This document shows positions 37,593 through 47,150 of a DNA stretch of 64,000 nt, one piece after another (within the stretch, counting starts at the first letter, position 1; every line of letters begins with the position of its first letter). The stretch comes from a virus. Taxonomy: Duplodnaviria; Caudoviricetes. Made by a program: the position numbers and the translations under genes. The stretch covers positions 29,886 to 93,885 of IMG/VR virus record IMGVR_UViG_3300037067_002734, one strand, 5' to 3'. The notes under the pieces were generated by a model, which worked only from the letters and a program-made list of their open reading frames with translations, was not told the origin of the DNA and did not search any database.

Positions 37593-38145
37593 TTTATTAG
37601 CAGAACATCATGGTATTACAGATCAACAAATGAATTTTATCTTTAGTGCCATAAAAGAACTCAAAGAAGAAACTAAAAATATTACCTATATAGAAATAGG
37701 GATATTATATGGTGGAGTTCTAAGAAGAGTATTAGAAAAATTAGATATAACAGATTTTGCTATAGGGGTAGATCTATTTGAGGATTTATTAACATATGAT
37801 GGTATAGATAATACTCATAAAGAAGATTTCTGTTACCAACATGAATTAGAATATGTACTAACACAATTAGGATATAACAATTTTATTTTATATAAAGGCG
37901 ATGCAGCAAAAATAGTTCCATCATTACCACGAATAAATAATGGAATTGCTGTTATTGATGCAAATCATACTTATGAAGGATGTAAAATAGATTTCATCAA
38001 TATCTATAATTTAATAAATAATGGATATATATTCTTTCATGATACTGATTGGGATGGTCCAGGAAGAGTTGCTAAAGAAGTAGAAAAAACTCATAATCTT
38101 AAATTAGTTAATGCGTGTTTTGGTGCCTCAATATATAGGAAATAA
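37585..38145 (+). CDS. class I SAM methyltransferase (Methyltransf_24-like)
   Basis: YIEIGILYG, GVDLF, IDANHTYEG..D, FFHD. Confidence 0.85.
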   Translation: MNNLLAEHHGITDQQMNFIFSAIKELKEETKNITYIEIGILYGGVLRRVLEKLDITDFAIGVDLFEDLLTYDGIDNTHKEDFCYQHELEYVLTQLGYNNFILYKGDAAKIVPSLPRINNGIAVIDANHTYEGCKIDFINIYNLINNGYIFFHDTDWDGPGRVAKEVEKTHNLKLVNACFGASIYRK

Positions 38146-38146
38146 A

Positions 38147-39313
38147 ATGAAAGAATGTTTTTTAGATTTAGGTAAGCAACCAATAGCTAACAAGTTTATA
38201 TATGACAATGAAATTAATGATGAATATTTTTATAACCTATTAGTCTGTATAGACTTAGATAACTTACTCGTATCTTTATGTAACTTCGTTCCTCCAGAGA
38301 AAATGTTTAATGATACATATGTATACCATTCATCTAATTCTATTACTATGTGTAATCATTTCTTTAATATTGCGAATTTTATTCAAAAAGAATATAACCC
38401 AAAATTAGTTTTAGAGATTGGCAGTAATGATGGTGTTTTTATAAGAAATTTTAATAAAGAAAATGCGATTTGTATTGAACCTTGTGGTAATTTTGCCAAA
38501 ATAACTAAAGAAATGGGCTACACAACATATAATGAATTTGCTACCACTTCTCTTTTTAATCAAATTAAAGATAACCATGGTAAATTTAATATAATATTTT
38601 CTGCAAATTGTATGTGTCATATACAGAATATTTATTCTACATTTGAAGGAATTCATTCTTTATTATCTGATAATGGTGTATTTATTATGGAAGATCCATC
38701 ATTATTACATACATTACAAAATAATGCTTACGATCAGTTTTATGATGAACATGCCCATATTTTTTCGCTTATGGCAATCAAAAATATTGCAGAACAATTT
38801 GATTTATATGTATATGATGCAGAAAAATTAAATGTACATGGACAATCTAATAGAATATACATTTCCAAAAAATATAAAGCAAAAACTTCTAGATTAATAT
38901 CATTATTAAATGAAGAAACAAATTTTGGCATTACTTATTATGATACTTATAGAAATTTTGCGGATAATATAATAATGTCCCGAGATAAACTTATACAACT
39001 ATTGAATAAATTAAAAGGAAAGGGTATAGTAAGTTATGGAGCGACATCTAAATCTACCACAATTTTTAATTATTGTAATATAGGGACTGATTTAATTCCA
39101 TATATTATTGATACAACCCCGGATAAACAAGGAAAATTATCACCTGGAACACATATCCCAGTAATTAAATACAAAGAAAATTGGTGGAAAAATAATAAAT
39201 ATGCATTTTTGGGGGCCTGGAACTATTTTGAGGAAATAAAAAATAAAGAAGGAGATTTTATTAATAATGGAGGTAAATTTATTACTCATGTTCCAGAGGT
39301 GAGATATTTATGA
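38147..39313 (+). CDS. NDP-hexose C-methyltransferase
   Basis: LDLGKQPIAN, LEIGSNDG, YDQFYDEH, YGATSKS, KQGKLSPGTHIP, LGAWNY. Confidence 0.88.
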   Translation: MKECFLDLGKQPIANKFIYDNEINDEYFYNLLVCIDLDNLLVSLCNFVPPEKMFNDTYVYHSSNSITMCNHFFNIANFIQKEYNPKLVLEIGSNDGVFIRNFNKENAICIEPCGNFAKITKEMGYTTYNEFATTSLFNQIKDNHGKFNIIFSANCMCHIQNIYSTFEGIHSLLSDNGVFIMEDPSLLHTLQNNAYDQFYDEHAHIFSLMAIKNIAEQFDLYVYDAEKLNVHGQSNRIYISKKYKAKTSRLISLLNEETNFGITYYDTYRNFADNIIMSRDKLIQLLNKLKGKGIVSYGATSKSTTIFNYCNIGTDLIPYIIDTTPDKQGKLSPGTHIPVIKYKENWWKNNKYAFLGAWNYFEEIKNKEGDFINNGGKFITHVPEVRYL

Positions 39314-40209
39314 ACATATTAATTACGGGCGGTTTAGGACACATAGGTTCATATATCATAGAAAAAGGATTATATAATATAAAAATTGTAGATAATATAT
39401 CTACTCAAAGATATTCTACTTTATTCTTAAATAAAAAATTCTTATTTCAAGAAAAAGATTTTGGAGATATTACTAAAAATGACTTATGTAATATTGATGT
39501 AGTAATACATTTAGCAGCTTTAACAGATGCACAAAATAGTTTTAATAGAAAAGATATAGAAAAAGAATATATTGAAAAAACACATAATTTTATTAATATT
39601 TGCAAAGGTATAGTACCATATTTTATTTTTCCTTCTTCAACGAGTGTTTATGGCATAGCTACGGATATAGTTACTGAATATCCAAAATATCTTAACCCCC
39701 AAAGCCCATATGCAGAAACAAAATTAACTATAGAAAAAATTATTCAAGAAGAATTAGGGCAAATAACAAAATATTTGATATTAAGATGTGGCACTATTTT
39801 TGGAACAAGTATAGGAATGAGATTTCATACCGCTATAAATAAATTTTGCTTTCAGGCTTATTTTAATCAACCATTAACTGTATGGAAGGATAATTATAAT
39901 CAAGTTCGTCCATATTTAGGATTGGGTGATTTATATTATACATTAATATCATTTTTAAAATCCCAAACTGGGTGGAATGATATTTATAATACAATTAGTG
40001 AAAATAAATCTACTGAAGATATAATTAATATTATCAATAAATATAGATCAATACAAATTAATTTTGTTACTACTCCATTATTAAATCAATATTCATATAA
40101 TGTATCAAATGATAAAATATTACCATTTTATACACCAGTTCAACATATCAAAGATGGAATTATAGAAACAATTAATACATTGTCAGGAAAAAATAGGTGG
40201 TTTTCATGA
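39310..40209 (+). CDS. NAD-dependent nucleotide-sugar epimerase/reductase
   Basis: ITGGLGHIGS, SSTSVYG, PQSPYAETK, LRCGTIFG. Confidence 0.88.
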   Translation: MNILITGGLGHIGSYIIEKGLYNIKIVDNISTQRYSTLFLNKKFLFQEKDFGDITKNDLCNIDVVIHLAALTDAQNSFNRKDIEKEYIEKTHNFINICKGIVPYFIFPSSTSVYGIATDIVTEYPKYLNPQSPYAETKLTIEKIIQEELGQITKYLILRCGTIFGTSIGMRFHTAINKFCFQAYFNQPLTVWKDNYNQVRPYLGLGDLYYTLISFLKSQTGWNDIYNTISENKSTEDIINIINKYRSIQINFVTTPLLNQYSYNVSNDKILPFYTPVQHIKDGIIETINTLSGKNRWFS

Positions 40210-40943
40210 ACGATTGGTCAGCAGTATCTCTAACTACAGAATATAATTATATTGAATTAATAAAAGAAGCACTAAATAACCCAGAAATTTTTGATTCTTT
40301 TAGAATTCATCCATATTATACTTATATTATCGGAAATGGAATGTCCGGTAATGAAATAAATGCTTATTTTGATGAACTTAAAACTAATCAAATTATAATG
40401 GATAAATTTGAACAAATTAAATTAATGGATAATATTGGTGGGGCACCAATCGAACCTATTGCTAATACTAATTGTCGTAATTTAAAATATATGTATACAG
40501 CAATGATGATTAAAAAATATTTTCCATCAGATATCAAAGACATAATAGAAATTGGCGTTGGATATGGAGGATTATGTTATATTATAGGACAATATTTAGA
40601 TTTAAATAGTTATACTTTAATAGATATTCCAGAAGTAGTATCTTTAGCAAAATTATTCTTATCTAAACTTCCTTCTTTAAATATTGATTTTTATAAAAAT
40701 CCACCTTATAGTTTATGTATATCTGAATGTGCTATTACAGAATTAAGTGATGATATAATATATCAATATTATGAAAAATATATATCACAATCAAACTATC
40801 TTTATATTAGATTAAATTATTTAGATAATTATAGATTAACAAGATTTATGGATATTATAAAAAGAGATTTTAAAATAGAAATGATTAAAGACTATCCTAA
40901 TGCTAATGAAGCACCAAATACAATTTTGGGATGGAAAAAATGA
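40206..40943 (+). CDS. putative sugar O-methyltransferase
   Basis: IIEIGVGYGGL, YTLIDIPE, ISECAITEL. Confidence 0.78.
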   Translation: MNDWSAVSLTTEYNYIELIKEALNNPEIFDSFRIHPYYTYIIGNGMSGNEINAYFDELKTNQIIMDKFEQIKLMDNIGGAPIEPIANTNCRNLKYMYTAMMIKKYFPSDIKDIIEIGVGYGGLCYIIGQYLDLNSYTLIDIPEVVSLAKLFLSKLPSLNIDFYKNPPYSLCISECAITELSDDIIYQYYEKYISQSNYLYIRLNYLDNYRLTRFMDIIKRDFKIEMIKDYPNANEAPNTILGWKK

Positions 40944-41596
40944 ATAAAATTATAGTATCGGGTGGAGAAGGACATCTAGCAAAAGCCCTATCAAAATATG
41001 ATAATATAATTCCTATTAATAGAAAAGAAATGAATGTACATAATAAATATGATATTATGGCAGCTATTAGAAAACACGAGGCTACTCATTTTATTCATGC
41101 TGGAGCTCTTACTCGACCTATTTCTCAACATGATTTAGATATAGATTCAAGTATTAAAACTAATATCATAGGTACAGCAAATGTTGTCATGGCGTGTAAT
41201 TGGTTTGATACTAAACTTATTTATATATCTACTGATTATGTTTATCCAGGCACTATTGGTAATTATTCCGCTAATAATGGAGTACTACCATTTACCAATT
41301 ATGGTTGGTCAAAACTTGGTGGAGAATGCTCAGTTGCGATGTATAAAAATTCTCTAATTATTAGAATAGCTTTATGCGAAAAACCATTTCCTCATGAATA
41401 TGCATGGGACAATGTTTATAAAAGTTATATTTATCATGAAGATGCTGCTCCGTTAATATTAAAAAATATAGATAAATTTGGTATTATAAATATTTGTGGA
41501 AAATCTCAATCTATATATAATTTTACAAAAAACAAGAAAAAACATATATGTACTGATCCAAATATCCTTTCACACAATGATACAACAATGGTGTAA
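40940..41596 (+). CDS. dTDP-4-dehydrorhamnose reductase-like (RmlD-like)
   Basis: VSGGEGHLA, IHAGALT, YISTDYVY, YGWSKLGGE. Confidence 0.85.
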   Translation: MNKIIVSGGEGHLAKALSKYDNIIPINRKEMNVHNKYDIMAAIRKHEATHFIHAGALTRPISQHDLDIDSSIKTNIIGTANVVMACNWFDTKLIYISTDYVYPGTIGNYSANNGVLPFTNYGWSKLGGECSVAMYKNSLIIRIALCEKPFPHEYAWDNVYKSYIYHEDAAPLILKNIDKFGIINICGKSQSIYNFTKNKKKHICTDPNILSHNDTTMV

Positions 41597-41597
41597 T

Positions 41598-41978
41598 ATG
41601 AAATTTTATGAAGACGATAGAATACAAAGTTTACATGACATTTTTCCTATCAAAGAAGGACAAATTAATATATCAATAGCCAGGAATACTAATAATGTAG
41701 TAGCATGGCATAAACACGAAATTCAAAAAGATTATTGGTGTTGTATTAAAGGATCATTTAAGGTAGGGATAGTAGATAATGGAAAAGTATATTGGAAATA
41801 TTTATCCGATAAAGACTTTCAAGCACTATCAATCTTTCCAGGACAATATCATGGATATAGAGCATTAGAACCCAATTCTATAATGTTATATTATTTAGAT
41901 CAAAAATATGATAAAAATGACGAATTTAAAAAACCCCCAGGATATTTTGGTGAAATATGGGAATCAGAAAACAAATAA
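41598..41978 (+). CDS. dTDP-sugar 3,5-epimerase-like cupin (RmlC-like)
   Basis: EDDR, AWHKH..QKDYW, IFPGQYHGY. Confidence 0.78.
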   Translation: MKFYEDDRIQSLHDIFPIKEGQINISIARNTNNVVAWHKHEIQKDYWCCIKGSFKVGIVDNGKVYWKYLSDKDFQALSIFPGQYHGYRALEPNSIMLYYLDQKYDKNDEFKKPPGYFGEIWESENK

Positions 41979-42889
41979 ATCTATTTTCTACAATAAAAAT
42001 CGATCCAATATCAGATTTTGATCATTATTTGCATGGATCTGTAGTCCATCAATATGAAGAAGCATTTGCTAATTATGTTGGTGCTAAATATGCCTGTGCG
42101 GCTAATAGTGAAAGTAGTCTAATCTTTATATTATTTAATCATTTCGTATTATCAGATAATATTAAAATTCCATCCATTTTGCCCCCAGTAGTAGCCAATG
42201 CCATTATAAATAGTAGACACAAAATAAGATTTGTAGATAATGTAGATTGGGTTGGTAATAGTTATCAATTATATCCAAATGTATTAGATTCAGCACAAGA
42301 AATACAACGCAATCAATACAAAAATAATAATTATGATTTTATATTATATAGTAATTATCCTACAAAACCTGTTGCCGGAATAGATGGTGGCGTAATAGTA
42401 TCTAATGATAATAACTTCTTAAATGAAATAAAAGGTTATCTATATAATGGTACCAATATGGCCATAAATAGTTGGGAAAGGAAGCAAGTAAAAGTAGGTT
42501 GGAAAATGTATATGAGCACAATACAAGCTGCTGTTGCTCTAAATTCACTTAAAAATATTGAAGAAAAAAAAGAAAAATTAACTATAATTAGAGAAAAATA
42601 TAATAACTCGTTTAGTTTAGTAAATACAAGCGATCATCTATATAGAGTAAAAGTCGAAAATAATTCTAAAACACTAGAAGAATTAAAAGAGAAAGGTATA
42701 GTATGTGGTATTCATTATAGGCCACTTCATACCCAATCTCTTTTTAATCATTATAGAACAGATGTAGGAAAAACTTTTCCATTATCAGAAAGAGAGGGGC
42801 AAACTACATTGAGTATACCTTTTCATGAAGATTTAACAGATAGTGATACAGATAGGATTATTAATGAGGTTTCTCCATGGTTGATATAA
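41957..42889 (+). CDS. DegT/DnrJ/EryC1/StrS sugar aminotransferase
   Basis: EEAFANYVGAKYA, DSAQ, SNYPTKPVAGIDGG (PLP lysine), GIHYRPLH, LSIPFH. Confidence 0.88.
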   Translation: MGIRKQINLFSTIKIDPISDFDHYLHGSVVHQYEEAFANYVGAKYACAANSESSLIFILFNHFVLSDNIKIPSILPPVVANAIINSRHKIRFVDNVDWVGNSYQLYPNVLDSAQEIQRNQYKNNNYDFILYSNYPTKPVAGIDGGVIVSNDNNFLNEIKGYLYNGTNMAINSWERKQVKVGWKMYMSTIQAAVALNSLKNIEEKKEKLTIIREKYNNSFSLVNTSDHLYRVKVENNSKTLEELKEKGIVCGIHYRPLHTQSLFNHYRTDVGKTFPLSEREGQTTLSIPFHEDLTDSDTDRIINEVSPWLI

Positions 42890-43242
42890 AACAAATATCT
42901 ATTCATGATGATAGAGGAATTTTACATTCATTTGATATAACAAAACTCCCATTTATAATTAGGAGAATATTTTATATTGATGGAATTAAAAAAGGAGTTA
43001 AACGAGGTGGACATGGACATAAGATATGTCAACAATATTTTATATGTTTAGAAGGAACTATTTTTGTTAAAACTATAGATATTAAAACAAAAGAACAAAA
43101 ATGTACAATCCTCAGTAAAAATGAAGGATTGTATATCGGGACTTATAAATGGGCTGAACAAGAATATTTACAGGATAATTCTATATTATTGTGTTTATGT
43201 TCAGAAGAATATGATAAAGATGACTATATAACAGAATGGTAA
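42877..43242 (+). CDS. dTDP-6-deoxy-3,4-keto-hexulose isomerase (FdtA/QdtA cupin)
   Basis: DDRGIL, LPFIIRRIFYI, RGGHGHK..Q, CSEEYDKDDYI. Confidence 0.88.
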   Translation: MVDIKQISIHDDRGILHSFDITKLPFIIRRIFYIDGIKKGVKRGGHGHKICQQYFICLEGTIFVKTIDIKTKEQKCTILSKNEGLYIGTYKWAEQEYLQDNSILLCLCSEEYDKDDYITEW

Positions 43243-43246
43243 TAAA

Positions 43247-44242
43247 ATGAAAACAATACTAGTAACTGGAGCTGGAGGATTTATAGGTTCTCATTTTGTT
43301 GAATTATTCTACAAGACACATCATCTAATATTAATGGATTCTTTTGTTCATAAAGGATTATATTCAAGATTAGACGAGATTTTACCAAAAGATTACTTAC
43401 CCTTTATTATTAGACATGACTTAAATTGTCCTATAGATGATTATCTTATAAATAAAATTAGCACCAGTATTAATAGTGGAGATAAACTAGATATTGTAAA
43501 CTTTGCTAGTGATAGTGCCGTAGAAAGATCAATTTCAAATCCTGGGGCTTGTTGGAATAATAATTGTAATTTAATCCTAAATGTTTTAGAAATGGCTAGA
43601 AAATTAAAAGAGAAGGGATATTTGAGAAGAATATTACATGTTTCGACTGATGAGGTAATTTCTGATTCTATGGAATATAAAAAGGAGTGGGCCGTTCATC
43701 GTCCATCTAATATATATTCTGCTAGTAAATCTGCCCAAGAGGCTTTATGTTATTCTTATTGGCGAACTTACGATTTACCAATAATAATTACTAATTGTGT
43801 TAATAATTATGGTTTTAGACAAGATATTGAGAAGTTTATTCCATTAGTAATCAAGAATCTACTATACAACAAACCTCTATTGGTTTATTTAGATAAAGAA
43901 GGAAAAATAGGAAAAAGATATTATCTTCATGCTTATGACCACTGTTTAGCAATTAAAAAATTATTAACTAGCACAGATTTAGATAAAGATGACCTTACTA
44001 AATACAATATATGTGGAGGTGAAGAATATGGCAATGATGAAGTAATTAATATTATAGCTGCATATATGAATAGAAAACCTATTTTGACATATATAAAACC
44101 AGAGCACAGAAAAGGTTATGATAGTTGTTATAAAATAGATGATAGTAAAATTCATAATATAGGTTGGTTACCACTCTATTCATTCAATTCTATACAAGAT
44201 ATTATAAAACACTCTCTCAATAATACTCACTGGATATCATAA
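43247..44242 (+). CDS. rmlB: dTDP-glucose 4,6-dehydratase
   Basis: VTGAGGFIGSHFV, FASDSAVERSI, HVSTDEV, YSASKS, TNCVNNYG..Q..EKFIP. Confidence 0.9.
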   Translation: MKTILVTGAGGFIGSHFVELFYKTHHLILMDSFVHKGLYSRLDEILPKDYLPFIIRHDLNCPIDDYLINKISTSINSGDKLDIVNFASDSAVERSISNPGACWNNNCNLILNVLEMARKLKEKGYLRRILHVSTDEVISDSMEYKKEWAVHRPSNIYSASKSAQEALCYSYWRTYDLPIIITNCVNNYGFRQDIEKFIPLVIKNLLYNKPLLVYLDKEGKIGKRYYLHAYDHCLAIKKLLTSTDLDKDDLTKYNICGGEEYGNDEVINIIAAYMNRKPILTYIKPEHRKGYDSCYKIDDSKIHNIGWLPLYSFNSIQDIIKHSLNNTHWIS

Positions 44243-45018
44243 TGAAAAGAAAAGGTATATTATTAGCTGGCGGCAAAGCCACACGACTATATCCACTAAC
44301 AATATGTGTAAGCAAACATTTATTGCCAATTTATAATAAACCAGTAATTTATTACCCCCTTTCCCTTTTAATTTTATCTGGGATTACCGATGTATTATTA
44401 ATTACTTCTAGAGAATATATAGACGATTTTCAAAAATTATTAGGAGATGGAAATCAATTTGGAATAAAAATAGATTATCAAATTCAGGATAAACCTAATG
44501 GGTTACCCGAAGCTTTTATTTTAGCAGAAAAATGGTTAAACGGAGCCCCATCATGTTTGGTTCTAGGAGATAACATCTTATATGGTAACGATTTAAGTTT
44601 AATTCTACAAAATTGTAATAAAACAGAAAATGCTAAAATTTTGGCTTGTTATAATAAAACACCAGAAAAATATGGAGTAATTAGTTGGGAAGATGATGGA
44701 TCAATAATTATTGAAGAAAAACCTAAGCAACCTAAATCTTCATATATTATTCCTGGTATATATTTCTTGGATGAAAGTGCTCCAAAATATGCCAAAACTC
44801 TAAAACCTTCAAAAAGAGGAGAACTGGAAATTGTTGATCTAATTAATATTTACTATAATCAATACAGATTAGAAGTTGAAATTTTTGGACGAGGAGTAGC
44901 GTGGTTTGATGTGGGAAATTTTGATTCTTTGTTAGATGCCAACAATTTTATAGCCGCCATAGAGCGTAACCAAGGACTTTCGATAGGAAATCCTTCAGAT
45001 TTTTTGAAAAAAACATGA
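44242..45018 (+). CDS. rmlA: glucose-1-phosphate thymidylyltransferase
   Basis: KGILLAGGKATRLYPLT, SKHLLPIYNKP, LVLGDN, EEKP, KPSKRGELEI, GRGVAWFDVG. Confidence 0.95.
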   Translation: MKRKGILLAGGKATRLYPLTICVSKHLLPIYNKPVIYYPLSLLILSGITDVLLITSREYIDDFQKLLGDGNQFGIKIDYQIQDKPNGLPEAFILAEKWLNGAPSCLVLGDNILYGNDLSLILQNCNKTENAKILACYNKTPEKYGVISWEDDGSIIIEEKPKQPKSSYIIPGIYFLDESAPKYAKTLKPSKRGELEIVDLINIYYNQYRLEVEIFGRGVAWFDVGNFDSLLDANNFIAAIERNQGLSIGNPSDFLKKT

Positions 45019-45026
45019 AAAATGTA

Positions 45027-45055
45027 TTGACAAATCTCGTAAGATTGACTATTAT
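45027..45055 (+). promoter_or_regulatory. sigma70-type promoter
   Basis: TTGACA (45027-45032), 17 nt, TATTAT (45050-45055), followed by ATA as at 15814. Confidence 0.75.
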
Positions 45056-45140
45056 ATATAGAAAAGAAAGGATCATGAATGCAACTTTATTTTTTGATAG
45101 GTATAGCCCGAAGTGGAAAATATTTTATATAGAGGATAAA

Positions 45141-45827
45141 ATGGCTGGCAAAAGATGGACACAAGAAGAAAAAGATACAGTAAAACAATTTTATTTGCAA
45201 GGGTTAAAATATAAACAAATATCTAAACTAACAAATAGAACACCAAAAGCTATATTTCATCAAATTAAAAAACATTTCCAAATTTCTAAAAATTATAGTT
45301 TAGTATATCCAGGTTTTATATGTAATAAATTAACTGTGTTACGGTTAGCTACAACAAATACGCGACAGGGTGATATTTGGTTAGTTAAATGTCAATGCGG
45401 AAATTATGCACAAATTGATGCTTATAGATTGTTTAATAAAAAAATAATAAGTTGTAATAAATGTAAAATGAATAAATTTAAATCTGGATATAATAATATA
45501 TCCGCAGCATTTATGAGAAATATCAAAAACGGAGCCAAAAAACGCAATATAGAATTTAATATTACAATTCAATATATAGATAAATTATTTATAGAACAAA
45601 ATAAAAAATGTTCCCTCACTGGACAAGATTTAATTATTATACAAGGAAAATCTAACAAAAATACAACAGCTTCATTAGATAGAATCGATAGTTCAAAAGG
45701 ATATGTTGAAGGTAATGTACAATTTGTACATAAATATATTAATGTAATGAAATGGGACTTATCCACAGATGAATTTATCAATATTTGTCAAATGGTAGTA
45801 AATTATAATAAGGATAAAAATGAATAA
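45141..45827 (+). CDS. free-standing HNH-like homing endonuclease with N-terminal HTH
   Basis: GAGGA SD then MAGKRWTQEE HTH; VKCQCG; AKKRNIEFNIT..CSLTG..ASLDRIDSSKGYVEGNVQFVHKYINVMK. Confidence 0.82.
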   Translation: MAGKRWTQEEKDTVKQFYLQGLKYKQISKLTNRTPKAIFHQIKKHFQISKNYSLVYPGFICNKLTVLRLATTNTRQGDIWLVKCQCGNYAQIDAYRLFNKKIISCNKCKMNKFKSGYNNISAAFMRNIKNGAKKRNIEFNITIQYIDKLFIEQNKKCSLTGQDLIIIQGKSNKNTTASLDRIDSSKGYVEGNVQFVHKYINVMKWDLSTDEFINICQMVVNYNKDKNE

Positions 45828-46344
45828 ATTATATTTCTTAATAGGTCTTCCAAGATCTGGAAAAAGTTTTTTTGCACAGAAATTTCTTAATTATAAAATA
45901 AATATACTAAACAATAATTGTTATACAGAAAACAAACCATGCTGTGTTTTAAATTTAAATCCTAGAGCTATCGTGTGTGCTGATGACATTAGATTGGCTC
46001 TTGGTCATCGTTGGAATAGTTATACTGAAGAATTTGTTAATGCAATTAAAATTGTTATGATTAGGACATTACTTAAAAAACATGATGTATTAGTGGACGG
46101 AACCCATACAACAGAAAGAAGTATTAGAGAATTATTAAATATTGATAAAACCGCAATTCCTTTTGTAATAAGAGCTACTTGTGAAGAATGCAAAAAACGA
46201 GCCAAAGCTACTAATCAAGAAGATTTATATCCAATAATAGATAGAATGTATAATCAATTATGTTCATTAGATGGAGATTATGGTATATATCAAACTATAG
46301 ATAGCTGGAGAGATAAAACATTTTTACCGGAGATAAGAGATTAA
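45820..46344 (+). CDS. P-loop kinase (polynucleotide-kinase/AAA_33-like)
   Basis: IGLPRSGKS, CADDIR, VLVDGTH. Confidence 0.82.
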   Translation: MNKLYFLIGLPRSGKSFFAQKFLNYKINILNNNCYTENKPCCVLNLNPRAIVCADDIRLALGHRWNSYTEEFVNAIKIVMIRTLLKKHDVLVDGTHTTERSIRELLNIDKTAIPFVIRATCEECKKRAKATNQEDLYPIIDRMYNQLCSLDGDYGIYQTIDSWRDKTFLPEIRD

Positions 46345-46345
46345 T

Positions 46346-46657
46346 ATGATTACTGCACAAAAACTACAATTAATACATGAACAACGAGGATATGATTATG
46401 TTAAGCAGATAGAATTGCCTAAAAATGCCTGGATTTTGTCAGCATCTGGTTTAGGAACTCCGGGTGAATTTTTATTAGTAACTATAAATATTTTTAGCAA
46501 TTCTAACGCAGACAAAGAAATAAAAGAATTTTTAGTTATGTGTCATCATAATAAAGAAGTAAAAAATATAGAAGAAATGTATGAAAATTTACTATTTTTA
46601 AATAGTTTTGACATAGAAGATGAAACATATTCAGTATTCGAAATAATAAAGGAATAA
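46346..46657 (+). CDS. hypothetical protein
   Basis: 103-aa ORF in operon. Confidence 0.65.
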   Translation: MITAQKLQLIHEQRGYDYVKQIELPKNAWILSASGLGTPGEFLLVTINIFSNSNADKEIKEFLVMCHHNKEVKNIEEMYENLLFLNSFDIEDETYSVFEIIKE

Positions 46658-46658
46658 T

Positions 46659-47150
46659 ATGCAAATAGAAAAAGTGGGGATTTTATTACCCCATCTACAT
46701 AACAATCAATTAGGATATGAAGTTACAAAACAATTAAATGATTTAAAAACAACTCATCCACATATTGATAGTATAGTATTTACAGAAGAAGATCGTCCGC
46801 AAACTATAATGGCAAAATTCGCTATTATGAATGTTAGTGAAGCTTACGATCAAAAAGGATTAATGATAGCTACAACTCCTAGTACAGCAGCTAAATTAAT
46901 TTATTGCTGGGGGGCTGATAAAAAAGTATTTTATAATTATGATTGTTATTGGTTGAGGGGGCAAAGGACTAATTATGAATATCTAATGAATCTTTATTTA
47001 AATAATGAATTTGATTTAATAGTTAGAAGTGAATCCCACAAATTATTATTAGAAAATAATTTTACAGCTAAAGTAAAAACAGTTGTAGAAAACTTTAATA
47101 TAAAAGAAATGTTAGAATTATATTCCACAGAAGAGGCCTTAAATGTCTGA
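46659..47150 (+). CDS. hypothetical protein (possible degenerate GT-B N-domain)
   Basis: 163-aa ORF, AAGGA SD. Confidence 0.6.
   Translation: MQIEKVGILLPHLHNNQLGYEVTKQLNDLKTTHPHIDSIVFTEEDRPQTIMAKFAIMNVSEAYDQKGLMIATTPSTAAKLIYCWGADKKVFYNYDCYWLRGQRTNYEYLMNLYLNNEFDLIVRSESHKLLLENNFTAKVKTVVENFNIKEMLELYSTEEALNV

Noticed and set aside
17161-45018. Bacterial O-antigen/capsule locus, i.e. a cellular origin for the window
   Set aside because: It is interleaved with phage-type genes and homing-like nucleases, lacks export/polymerase genes, and is flanked by phage replication and virion-type modules.
45015-45140. N-terminal extensions given by the ORF track (45015, also 49480, 3588, 41496, 55924)
   Set aside because: They run through promoters, structured leaders or upstream genes; downstream ATGs with SD or stop-start coupling are better starts.
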